Shown here: piece by piece, positions 27,650 through 38,755 of the stretch | How positions within the stretch are numbered: the stretch's first letter is position 1 | Layout: each line of letters opens with the position of its first letter | Source of the DNA: Eledone cirrhosa | Taxonomy: Eukaryota | Assembly: GCA_964016885.1 (NCBI GenBank) | Contig: OZ024743.1 | Location: forward strand, 77,128,001 to 77,192,000 | Direction of reading: 5' to 3' | DNA length: 64,000 nt | The notes under the pieces: generated by a model | What the model saw: the letters and a program-made list of their open reading frames with translations, nothing else | Told to the model about the DNA's origin: nothing | Database searches by the model: none | Program-made: the position numbers and the translations under genes

Positions 27650-27712
27650 TATACCTGAAGAATTAAACTTGTTTCTTTGTCTTTGGAAACCCACTGGTAA
27701 TGCACAAATAAA
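27650..27712 (+). ncRNA. Degenerate hammerhead motif
   Basis: CTGAAGA at 27655; GAAA-CC-CACT-GG-TA at 27686-27699; AATAAA follows; stems I and II pair poorly. Confidence 0.35.
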
Positions 27713-27974
27713 TGAAACTGATAACACATATGTTCAACTTCCACATTGTGTTGGTTGCTTTTTTCATTTGTTTATACCCACACCAGTGCTCTCTCCACCT
27801 CTCTCTATATACCCATGCTAGCGTGGAAGATAGATTTTAAACTATGATAATGATATATATATATATATTAAACTTAAGCCAAGTCAGATTTTGAGGGGGA
27901 ATATTTGATGTTTTATTACTTCTCTGAGTTGATAATTAATATATTTTATCCTTTCATTGATGCAACAATGTCAC

Positions 27975-28080
27975 ATTGCCAGTCTGAAGAGCAGATCGAG
28001 ATCGATACTAGAGCTGGGTCCATAACTCCTATGGGTGACCCTGAGCCCATCCTCTGCGAAACGTGTGTAACAGATCAATA
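27975..28080 (+). ncRNA. Type I minimal hammerhead ribozyme with intact core
   Basis: CTGAAGA 27984-27990; stem II GCAGA/TCTGC; GAAA 28058-28061; C-GTGT-G; GTA triplet with cut after 28069; stem I GT/AC plus ATTG/CAAT; AATAAA downstream. Confidence 0.7.
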
Positions 28081-28289
28081 CACAATAAAAATCTAAATAC
28101 ATGTAAACAAAACTTCACTGTTCTTATATATATATATATATATATGTATATAAAAGTAGAAGTGGTATTTAATTTGTTGGAAGTCCAACAAACATAAATG
28201 TTTATAACTGATTTAGAGCACTCAACAATTACTGGAGTAAATATTCAATGATATTAAATAAATGGAAACTATATTTATAAAACCATATT

Positions 28290-28354
28290 TATTTTATTAT
28301 ATATATTTCAAGGGAAACCAAGACAACTTTGGTACGCTTTCATCAGATAAAATA
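28290..28354 (-). ncRNA. Type I minimal hammerhead ribozyme with intact core
   Basis: Minus strand TATTTTAT-CTGATGA-AAG..ACC.AAG-TTGT-CTT-GGT..CTT-GAAA-T-ATAT-A-TA-ATAAAATA; perfect 8-bp stem I. Confidence 0.72.
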
Positions 28355-28428
28355 CAAAGTTTGTTTTATAAATAGAGACATACCCATGAAAATCATACCT
28401 TATAGGTTGGAAATTCACTGGATAGTGG

Positions 28429-28479
<51 letters not shown>

Positions 28480-28760
28480 GAATAAATATAACCAGGATTA
28501 GATTACATTAAATTACTTAATTGATTTATGTTTCAATCAGTACAGTAGGAAAATAAGTTTCAACTGTATTGATCGTATTCTGGTTAGTGATGTTGTAAAA
28601 CAACTGAGATTGGAAATTTACCGATTGGATTAAACTTTGAACTGTTTTTTACCTATCTTGCTGTGGACTATAAAATCACATTTGAACTTTGAAATATTCT
28701 TTGCCTTTATATGGTTGTGTTATCAACTTGTCTAAACTATATATATATATATATATATAT

Positions 28761-29398
28761 AGGGATCAGATGTTGTTTACTGGAGAGAAGACTACATTGG
28801 TATGGTCACGTGATGCGCATGAAAGACGACAGCTGTATAAAAAAGTGCAGGGCAATAAAAATAGATGGTAGCCACGGAGTAGGCAGACCCAGAAAAACCT
28901 GGGATTACTTGATAAATTCCGACCTCACACACTTACACCTCTCCAAGACAATGTCACTGGACCGAGATCTTTGGCGCTACACAGTAATACAGAAGACCCG
29001 CCTTGCCTAAGTACAAAGCGAAACCTACAGTCAGTAGGCACCTCTTAACAAAAATACACCCCCGTCCCACTACCCCCACCCCACCCACACCACCCCTTTC
29101 GATGTAAAGTTATGTTTGTACCACAACATCCAGTCCGAAATAAATGAGGTCGTGTAGGTGTCACGGCAAAAAAACACACAGTTCACACTTCAATGTGGCC
29201 GTGTAGGTAACACGGTAAAAACCTCCCAGTCCACACTGTAAACGTGGTTGGTGTTAGGAAGGGCATCCAGCCGTAGAAAACCCGCCAGACAGTCCTATAC
29301 GAGCACGACAACCAATCTTGCCTCAAGTGGGAAAATTCCAGTCCAAACCCATGCAAGCATGGAAGATGGACATTAAATGATGATGATGATGATGATGA

Positions 29399-29401
<3 letters not shown>
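28761..29401 (+). mobile_element. 5'-truncated RTE copy with (GAT)n tail, flanked by (TA)n
   Basis: [17 protein letters not shown]...KTRLA* followed by 3'UTR. Confidence 0.92.
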
Positions 29402-29449
<48 letters not shown>

Positions 29450-29848
29450 TCAGTTACTGGTGTTAATTCAAGGGAATGTGACCTAAAGTGTGAACAGAAG
29501 TGGGAGTGATGACAGAGGAGGAAGAAGTGATAGTGATGACAGCTACATATATGATAGTAAGAGAGAATAAGTGAATAGTAAGAGTGATGTTAAGTGAGAT
29601 AGACAATGGTAAAATAGATTGATTGATGAATAATGAGTGATCTGGTGGGGAAAAGGGAGAGATGACTAGTAGCAAAAGAGAGTGATAATATGGGGCATTG
29701 AATATAGATAGATTTGTTATAATCCTTCATTATATAGAACTCAGGGTGGGAGAGAGAGATAGGAGGATTGCATATGGATAGGATAGATTCACTGCCATCC
29801 ATCGTTATACAGGCAGTATGGTAAAGTAAATTGGAGAAAGAGTATTAA

Positions 29849-30070
29849 CCCTTTAGTTACCAACCTAACCAAAACCAACTCTGGTTCTATGAAATAAAAC
29901 CACCTGTTTTAAAGGTTTCCGATTTAAATTAAAATCTTCCGTAATTTTATATAAGAACTTTACATTAAATTACTATCTTAGTAATGAAATAATAATTTTA
30001 GTAAATCCTCAAAATTCTTCATTAATTAATTAAAACATTGAATTTCATTAGAAATGTGGTGATGAAAGGG
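29849..30070 (+). mobile_element. piggyBac-like MITE (family P2)
   Basis: TTAA-CCCTTT ... AAAGGG-TTAA. Confidence 0.85.
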
Positions 30071-30354
30071 TTAAAGAGAATGAAGTAGATGGAAATTTAA
30101 CAGGAATATAATGAGACATCCAAATGTAAATATATTAACACTTTCCAGTCTGTAGCAATGCCACCTTATTGTCTGACTCATTATAATCCTTTGTCATGTT
30201 TTTTATCAGACTCATCATCATGAGAACAGGCTTCGCCACGTCATCTCATGTTTACACACACCATCATTTTTACATCCACTTTTCCACACTTGCATGGGTT
30301 GGATGGGTTCTTCTCAGTAAGGCATCTCTCCATATGCTCACACATACACACATC

Positions 30355-30585
30355 TTCTTCGCCCACTTATACCTGAGAGGGTTGTGGGGGGCAGTGTCCT
30401 CAAATACTCCTTCCAGCTGGTCCTGTCAGAAGCAACTGTCTCCAACTAATCCGGCTGGATCCCCAAGGGAGACCAGCCAAGCTAATGGGTGTTATCCAAC
30501 CATCTTGGTCAGAGTCTCCTGCCGATTGGTTTTTCCCCGTAAAATCTATCCAGCGATTCTTTCCTGAGATATTCTAACCACATGC
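30355..30585 (-). mobile_element. 3' end of the second RTE family
   Basis: Minus strand decayed HVVRISQERIA...RTSWKEYL; (GAA)n tail. Confidence 0.65.
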
Positions 30586-30600
30586 TAGATAAATATAAAA

Positions 30601-30750
30601 ATGACTTCCACAGTACTAGAACTGTTTCAATTGCATGTAATCATCAGATTTTTCTGATTATTTCATATGAACGATGAAACAGTTCTAGTACTGTAGAAGT
30701 TATTTCTATATAAAATTAAGATGCCTATATTCTACCAATATATTGAGTAC
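30601..30750. ncRNA. Head-to-head pair of degenerate hammerhead motifs
   Basis: Minus: CTGATGA-TTACATGCAATT-GAAA-CAG-TTCTAGTA-CTG-TG. Plus: CTGATTA-TTTCATATGAACGAT-GAAA-CAG-TTCTAGTA-CTG-TA. Confidence 0.55.
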
Positions 30751-31727
30751 CTGTGATCACTTCCCCATACCCATTGGGAATCCACCAATAATTATATTTA
30801 CATATAGTTGGTGTTTGAATACCCAAAGGAGTAGAAAGTACTCAATCTATGTTAAAATGTGTTGTTCCATGTTAATGTGGAAAAATGAACATTAAAGAGT
30901 GATGATGATGATGATATAGTAGCTGGTTAAAATACTACACACATTTCAAAACTGTACATGTGTACAGTTTTGAAACATTTAGCATTTTAATCAATTAGCA
31001 TTTTAATCATCTGTTTGTGCATATAAGAATATACACCTCTGTACATAATGTATTTGTGTGTGTATAGACATTTACTCTGTAGTTTTGTAAGTGTTGTTCA
31101 TTTCCATCCCCTACTCAAAGATATTTTAATGTTTATCTTCTTTCCTAACTTCAAGAAAATATATATTAATTCTTATTGTTAAAAAGATACCTTTGGGTCG
31201 TAATGTCTTTTGTATTTTTAAATATCTGAAAATATTCAAGCTATAATCAATAATTCCTTTCCTAAATAGAATTCTGTTCTCAACATGTGGTGTCAATATA
31301 TTGTTTTTGTTACAAATGGAGCTACTGTTATTGAGGGAATTGTTCAACTAAATCTATTATGATTTTGTTTCTCAGTTAAGCTTTTTAGAAATTACTTTCA
31401 GTCTTACTTCATTATTGTCTAGTTATGTTTTTTTTTTATTTTGGTTGGTTTCAAGAATAAGAAGCAGTTGTCTTATGTGCTGTTCATATACATTCATAAT
31501 TCTTTTTCTCTCTAGTTGTTGTATGTCTTCTAATGCTATTGCTAACATTTCTTTTCCATCCTTTATTTCTGACAATCATCGTATATGATACCTTTTACTA
31601 TATGGAGAAAATTACTCTGCTTAAAAGCAATGGTAATAGTTCCTTAGAGAGTCACTAATGGAACTTCTGCATGGTTGTTTGAGTAAGAAATAACAACCAA
31701 ATTTCCCTCAAAAGACTCTGTCTTTAA

Positions 31728-31939
31728 ACCTTTAGTATTTACATTACTCTATATTTACTATTGTATTTTCATGGTAAATGCTTTGTCTTACATAATTATC
31801 TCACATTATATTGAATCTATGAGATTGTGATATTATTTATTTTGAGAACAATACCTTAACGTCAGCATGAGCGGCCAGTTACGGCCAGAAAGAAGTGAGA
31901 GAATTCCGGCCGGATATGGCCGGTTTAAATGCTAAAGGG
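31728..31939 (+). mobile_element. piggyBac-like MITE (family P1)
   Basis: TTAA flanks; TIR (A)CCTTTAGTATTTA / TAAATGCTAAAGGG. Confidence 0.85.
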
Positions 31940-33070
31940 TTAAATGGAAGGACTTATTGTCTTAGATAACTGTTATCATACTGCCTTTCAGTGTTGTCTC
32001 AGGTTAAGCAACAACACAGTCAGCTTTGCATAATTCTCCAATATATCCACATTAGCTCCACTTGCAGAATGAATTCTTGCTAAGTCTTCTACACATCCGT
32101 TATCGCTGCCATGATGAAGTTACTCCTCCCACTCACCCTGTCCAGCATTGCTATCTGCTTCTTTAGAGAATTCAGTGAAATTTACCTCTGGAAGGACTTC
32201 AAATGCTGGGTCAATTGCTACACCTGACTCACAATGAATGTCAGCTGATAGGAGTTTGTGAAAGTGCTCTCGCCATGTCTTCCCCTTGGACATATACTAC
32301 ATGCTTCCTCTTCTTCTTACCAGAAAGTTCTTTTATCATTCTCCAAGCTTCTCTAGGAGTGTTATTGTTTCTATTATCAAAATCAGCCTGGGATTAGTTG
32401 ATTCTTTCATCCTCCAGATGGTCAAAAGAATAGCGCTGAATTCTCTGGTGATGCTGTACATCTGAAACTGTAGATTTGAGGCTGTTGCTTCTGACTATAG
32501 CCATTGCTGCACTTTCCACAGTGGGTGTGGCATGATATGGGATGTCTTGGTAGGATTTCCTCACCCACTTCATTACAGATGGACACATTAATTAATTGAA
32601 TAAATCTATTCAAGTTAAGTCTGTGAAGTTGCTCCTCATATTATTAATTACCTGAGTATATATTGGCACAGCACAAGTTTATCAGTTTACCTGAAATTCC
32701 AGTCTACCTCGAATCTATTGTTCTTACCTTTATTGATTGCTTATATAATATTGACTTCCTGGCTAATCATTTCCTCCATATCAATTATATCTACTTTTTC
32801 TGGCAGTATTGATTTTGATAGCTTCTGTTACTAATTAGTATTTCAGTAATGCCTCCATCTTAATCATAAGGTTTTTCATTGTAGTTGTCTTTATTTTAGT
32901 TTTAAATTTTAAATTTCATTTTCAGCATTTAGATTTACATCAGAACAGGTTCATCTTTATGCTGAAATCTTGTAAATATTTCATTCTTAAACTTAATTTT
33001 AATGATTTTAATGACTGTAATTAGGAGGAGGATGGAAGCTTCTGACTTAATAGAAACTCTTATGTTTTAA

Positions 33071-33628
33071 CTCTTAACATTCTATAATGTGACGATGTAT
33101 TTGTTTTGCAAGATTTTTTAATATGAAATCGTGTGTTGAAACAGATCTTGTTATATTTGGGGAGGGTCATGTTGTCCTAATATTGCCAAAAAATATAGTA
33201 AAACACACTCACTATTTGGTTTTCGCTTCAGTATATTTAAAAAAATATATAATCACTGAAGATGTCACAGAAATGTGGGATGAAAGAACTTTGATAAATT
33301 ATATTTATATTTTTAACTGTTGGTCAATCAATGACAAACATTGATTGCCAGCTAAATTATTTATAAAAATATATATTTTTTGGTAATATTACAACAGCAT
33401 GACACTCCCCAAATATAACATCCGATAATGACTTTTCAGAAAATATCTAAGAATACGTTTGTTAATTCAATTGTCTAAAGTATCTTTACTAGTGGACAGA
33501 TTGTTGCAAAAAAAAAAATGCAGTATTAAAAACTTTAATATTTAATGTCATGTAGTAGTATTAGTGGTGTTTCAACTCATAAAGAATTTCTTGCTAATGT
33601 GGTTTCATGTGGTACAGGATGTTAAGAG
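33071..33628. mobile_element. TTAA-flanked MITE (piggyBac-like, family P3) with internal inverted repeats
   Basis: TTAA-CTCTTAACAT ... ATGTTAAGAG-TTAA; internal IR gttatatttggggagggtcatg / catgacactccccaaatataac. Confidence 0.7.
33252..33295 (+). ncRNA. Hammerhead-like motif, partly degenerate
   Basis: ATCA-CTGAAGA-T-GTCACA-GAAA-TGTGGGAT-GAAA-G-AA-C-TT-TGAT. Confidence 0.45.
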
Positions 33629-33730
33629 TTAAACTGCTCACTACCAAGTACATCATGGACTATCTCAATGTAGCCTGAGCTACTAAAGTTGAGAGAATGT
33701 ATGTATTCAGAGTCAGAATGAGGTGTTTAA

Positions 33731-33946
33731 CCCTTTAGCATTTACATTACTCTATATATACTATTGTATTTTCACGGTAAAAGCTTTACCTTACATAATT
33801 ATCTCATAATATCGAATCTATGAGATTTTGATATTATCTATTTTGAGAACAATACTTCAACAGCTGTATGAGTGGCCAGTTAGAGCCAGTTTGGACAGAA
33901 AGAAGTAAGATTCTGGCCGGATATGGCCTGTTTAAATGCTAAAGGG
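33731..33946 (+). mobile_element. piggyBac-like MITE (family P1)
   Basis: 14-bp TIR CCCTTTAGCATTTA with TTAA TSD on both sides. Confidence 0.92.
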
Positions 33947-33999
33947 TTAAGATTGCATGGCAGAGAGAGAGAGAGAGATGTGGTGTGGTGTCACAGGAG

Positions 34000-34465
34000 T
34001 AAATTGCTTAAAGGATGAAGTGAGAGAAATTGTAGACTTTGATGAAATTAAGGAAAGGTAGAAGAGATATATAAAGAGGTTGTTGAATGTGAAGACTGAA
34101 TGGGATGGCAACATAGAGAGCAATTCAGCTCTCAGACCTGCAGCAGAGATAACTGAAGAAGTTGAGGAAGCATTGAGAAAGGTGAAGAGTGAAAGATTAG
34201 GAGAGCTGACAGGAGTTGTGAGAGATATGTTAAAGGCAATGGGGTTATGAAGAAGATGACAGAGATATGTTGGTTGGTGGTGAAAGAAGACTATATTCCA
34301 GTAGATTGGGAGTAGAGTGCCTCATCCCTCTGTACTAGGAGAAAGGCAATCCTCTAAATTGTGGCTCATAAACAATTAAGCTATTGAAACATGGGATGAA
34401 GGTACTGGATAAAGTGTTAGAGAAGAGAGTAAGGAAAAAAGTGAATTTGATAAAATGCAGTTAGG
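34000..34465 (+). pseudogene. Decayed RTE RT-region fragment
   Basis: Broken frames resembling EIKER..RLLNV..EWD and IKLLKHGMKVLDKVLEKRVR. Confidence 0.7.
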
Positions 34466-34521
34466 ATAATTTACAGAAATACAAGAGCAAGAGGGAGAGT
34501 TTTTAAGGGTATAAAGTGATT

Positions 34522-34712
34522 GGATTAGAGGAATGGTGGAAATGTGACTGGGTTAGAGGAATGGTGGAAATGTGACTGGGTTAGAGGGGTGGTGGAAATG
34601 TGACTGGGTTAGAGGGGTGGTGGAAATGTGACTGGGTTAGAGGAATGGTGGAAATGTGACTGGGTTAGAAGGGTGGTGGAAATGTAACTGAGTTAGAGGA
34701 GTGGTGGAAATG
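34522..34712. repeat. 28-bp G-rich minisatellite, about 7 copies
   Basis: gggttagaggaatggtggaaatgtgact. Confidence 0.92.
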
Positions 34713-34907
34713 AATGTGGAAAAAAGTAGAAGGGGAACAATGATTTTGGGAGATATGAAAACCAAGAGGAGATGCAGAAGATAGGACAAAAGGGAGAAGC
34801 TTGTTACGGGATCTACGAAGTTAACCGTTGTTTTAGAAAGAAAATGGCCTTATAACATGTTGTCATCAGATTTTTGGTGAAACCTAAAGAAAATTTACTG
34901 TTGACAT

Positions 34908-35046
34908 TAGTGTGGTGAACAATTGTTAGTGTGGTGATGGTTAGTGTGGTGATGGTTAGTGTGGTGACCGTTAGTGTGGTGACCGTTAGTGTGGTGACCG
35001 TTAGTGTGGTGACCGTTAGTGTGGTGACCGTTAGTGTGGTAACCGT
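34908..35046. repeat. 15-bp minisatellite
   Basis: ttagtgtggtgaccg units. Confidence 0.93.
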
Positions 35047-35371
35047 TTGTTTCAATCTTACCACATGTGAGGGTGGTAGCAGACTCATCATATGACATAA
35101 ACATAGAAAAACTTATAATTATTTTAATAAAGTCTTATAGGGAAGAAATATTTAATGAAACAGACATTTCCGAGATCTACTTCAGAATTCTCTTGTATTG
35201 TTTGTTTTCTCCACTGGTTTTCATCATAAAATCTTTAGATATTTTATGTTTGTTTATTCTTTTTAATATTCTGCAATAAGCTCACCTTTCATTATTTGTA
35301 AGTGAAACACAATGATTCATGAAAAAAACTGAATCAGAAAAGTGTAGAAGTTTATCATTCTGTATATCTAA

Positions 35372-35474
35372 TAATTGTTTCTACTTTTGGCACAAGGCCA
35401 GCAATCACCAGTATATTACTGGTACTTTATTTTATCGACCCGTAAGGATGAAAGGCAAAGTTAACCTCGACGGT
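35372..35474 (-). mobile_element. Truncated SINE family A
   Basis: Reverse complement of 466-570. Confidence 0.85.
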
Positions 35475-35696
35475 TATATCTAATAATGATTATTATTCTT
35501 GTATTAACATTAAGTAATGGTTTTCTTTAATGAAAATTTTACTCCATGATTTCCATAAAAAATTATATCCAGGTTTTTATATAAAAAGATCTCAAGAAAA
35601 CCTGACAATAAAGATGGCATTTACAATTGTTAACCCCTATTATGGAAACATCCGAGAAATCTATGAGATTGCATGTCATTGGAGATTAACTGAACT

Positions 35697-36047
35697 TACT
35701 TTCGGAACTTGAATACCTCCCTCCTCCCATTAATTTTTCAGACCCCATCCTTGCTTATTAAATTTTACTAATCTATTTCTGGTGAAATTATATTTTAAGT
35801 GGTAGAATTCCTGCAACAATGAATTTTCTTTAGACATTAAAAAACATTATACATGAAAAAAAAAAGAACATTACTAGAAATCTCATACATTATAAAATAT
35901 ATAGGATGGGTTGGGGTCTCAATATATAAACTAAACAACTAATTCTGGTTTTTAAAAAAAAATCAACGGAGATAACTTAGAAACATTATCAATTTTTCAC
36001 CTCACCCCCATTTATTTCTCCACCCTATTATTTGGTACCCGAGACTA
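35697..36047. mobile_element. TA-flanked MITE (Tc1/mariner-like, family M)
   Basis: Body shared with 43993-44320, 51701-51858 and 54151-54706; degenerate TIR near CTCTCGGGTCCCAAATAA. Confidence 0.65.
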
Positions 36048-37519
36048 CATAGATATACAGTCACACCAAAAACTCTTAGGTACACATGGCTGGAACTTAG
36101 CCCTGTTTTTATGCAAAGTAAGCAGATAACATTCTGTAAGATATCAGTCCTATTAAAGTAACATTCTCTGCAAGACCTTATATCTGTTCTCCTGAATTAT
36201 TTTAAATGAGCCATCATCATCATCATCATCGTCATTTTAACATCAGCTTTCCCTGCTAGTAAGTGTTGGATGGGTCTACATAGACCAAATTACTACTGAA
36301 GTGGAGCCACTGATCTCCCAGGCAGGCCAAGGATCTGTGTCTCATTTTATGTATGGTCTCATGTTCCATAGAGGGCACAGGAGAGGTTGTCATGCCCTTG
36401 ACATGGCTGAAAGATCCTCCCAACCCTTTGTTTGGCAAGATTTCCATGGCTGGATGCCCTTCCTATCACCAACCATTTTACAGTGTGTATTGGGTGTGTT
36501 TATCATGTAGATCACCAAACACTAGAGAAGCTGTCATGTCCTTGACACAGCTGAAGTCCTATGGAATTTAATATCCTGTCGATAGAATCAAAGAAAAGCC
36601 TCTAGCAGAGTTGAACTAAAGGACAATTATGATTTTCCCATACATACAATTGTCAAATTTTGATTTCAGTGGAGATCATCTTAGATATGGCATTTATCAA
36701 CAACATAAAAAAGATAATTATAATAATAGTAAGAAGAAGAAAAAGAAGAAATGAAGCTATCTGTGTAATGTTCCCTTAAGCATTTTATATTTTTCCAAAG
36801 TAAATGATGTTTATAGACTAGTTAAAAGTTGAAATAGCAGATAGCTTAATACTTTGTTTAGCAATCTAATTTAGTCAAAGAAATCATTTTACAGATAAAA
36901 TCTCGGCTGTAATTATAATGCTAATATTACAGCTGCTGGTTTGTAATTGTATATGATTGCAGACCAGGTGTTTGTCTTGGAATTTAAGTATTTCATAAAA
37001 TTCACACTGCGTTAGACTGAAAAAAAAGACAAAATAAAACAAAAAGCTGCTACAAAATCTTTATTAAATCAATTTTGCTCGGAAGTCTTTTGAACTGTTA
37101 TTTTAATGAGGTCGTTATCATTGTGGCTTTAGCATTAATTTTTCCTTTTTGGCTTTATAAAATAGAATGGGTACACCATGTCTCTGCATGTCATGAGAGG
37201 TAATTAAAAGAGTTGCATGAGAAGGGCATCCAGCTTGAAATTTCTATGTACTATGGAAACATTGTATCAATTATTCTCTTCCAACCCATGCCAGCGTGGA
37301 AGAGTGGTTGTAAAAATGATGCTGCTGATGATATATTCTTTACAGATAAAATACTTTTGCTATCTTAATGGTTTCAGATATTGGATTGCATCCATGCTGG
37401 TGCACTCCCTTCATTTACATCCCAATGTCTATTTCGGTTTTATATTTACCATACAATCTTACAGGACAGAGGAACACATGAAGACAACAGTTTTAACTGG
37501 TTTAAACATGAGGACAAAC

Positions 37520-37640
37520 ACACACTACAAACACACACTACATGCACACACTACATGCACACACTACATGCACACACTACATGCACACACTACATGCACA
37601 CACTACATGCACACACTACATACACACACTACATACACAC
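37520..37640. repeat. 13-bp minisatellite cacacactacatg
   Basis: Direct reading. Confidence 0.9.
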
Positions 37641-38596
37641 ACCACATACCACCACACACACTTTCTCTCTCTCTCTGGCATGCTGGTTTGGTATCATCAT
37701 CATCATCATTTAACGTCCATATCAAAAATGTTAATCAAAGAACAGAAAGGATTATTTTCAATTCTGATGGAAACACTGTATTACTGTCGTCTTTCCTTTA
37801 GATAAACCTAGCATTTATTGTCATGCAGTCTAAAGTTGGTGGTGCCTATATTTCTTAAATACCTCACTAGATCCTTAAACCCTGAGATTTATTTACTATT
37901 TTTAGTTCTGTGGGATATCTCTATAATAAGGGCCTTTTAACATTTGAACTGGCCATATCTGGCCAACATTCTCTCACCTTTTTCTGTGAAAATACAATAG
38001 TATATATAGAGTAATGTGAATGCCAAAGGCTCAAAAGGTTCTCAAAGAATTTCTTGCATACAACAGCCATATCCTCTGCTTTAAATTGTTACTTTATACT
38101 AGAATCAAACAGTTTTGTTAACATTAACTACTAAATATAACTAATTATCATTACTTTCTGTCTCGTGTTATCTATAACAACCTAATGATATATTTTGTTT
38201 CTAGAATTGAATCCAAATTAATACCAAATGGATTGTTTTGTTTTTATCAAACTATACACTGATGTTGAAGTGTGATTGATAGAATATCAAACATTTTATA
38301 ACAATATCACTTTTTCATCAATGATCTTTATACTCTGTTTAATTGCTTTCATTAATGTGTTGCCATATAATTATTGATTCACTTTTAATTGAAGCCTAAT
38401 ATTAGTTTGTTTGTTTTTTTTTTTTTTTTGTTAAATAAGCTTTCAATAAATATTTTGGCTGGAAATTGATAAATAATTTGGTTTTGATATAATATTGATT
38501 TTCAAAGGAAAGGAGATTACCATGCTTTTTTTTTTGTTTGTAGTTTAGTTTATTGGTCTAGAAATGTGTTTAGCCAAATTCATCAATATTCAAGGG

Positions 38597-38755
38597 GTGG
38601 GTTGTAATGAAGGTTACTAGGTGAGGGTCGAAATGAAGCTAACCAAGTGAGGGTCATAACAAAAGTAACCAGGGGAGGGTTGTAATGAAGGTAACCAGGT
38701 GGGGGTTGTAATGAAGGTTACCAGGTGAGAGTTGTAACAAAGATTACCAGGTGAC
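38597..38755. repeat. Degenerate 26-bp tandem repeat, about 6 copies
   Basis: gttgtaatgaaggttaccaggtgagg-like units. Confidence 0.85.

Noticed and set aside
31126-31660. Possible ancient LINE coding remnants (also about 2600-2800 and about 62050-63400)
   Set aside because: Only vague motif resemblance in broken frames; cannot be supported without a translated HMM search.
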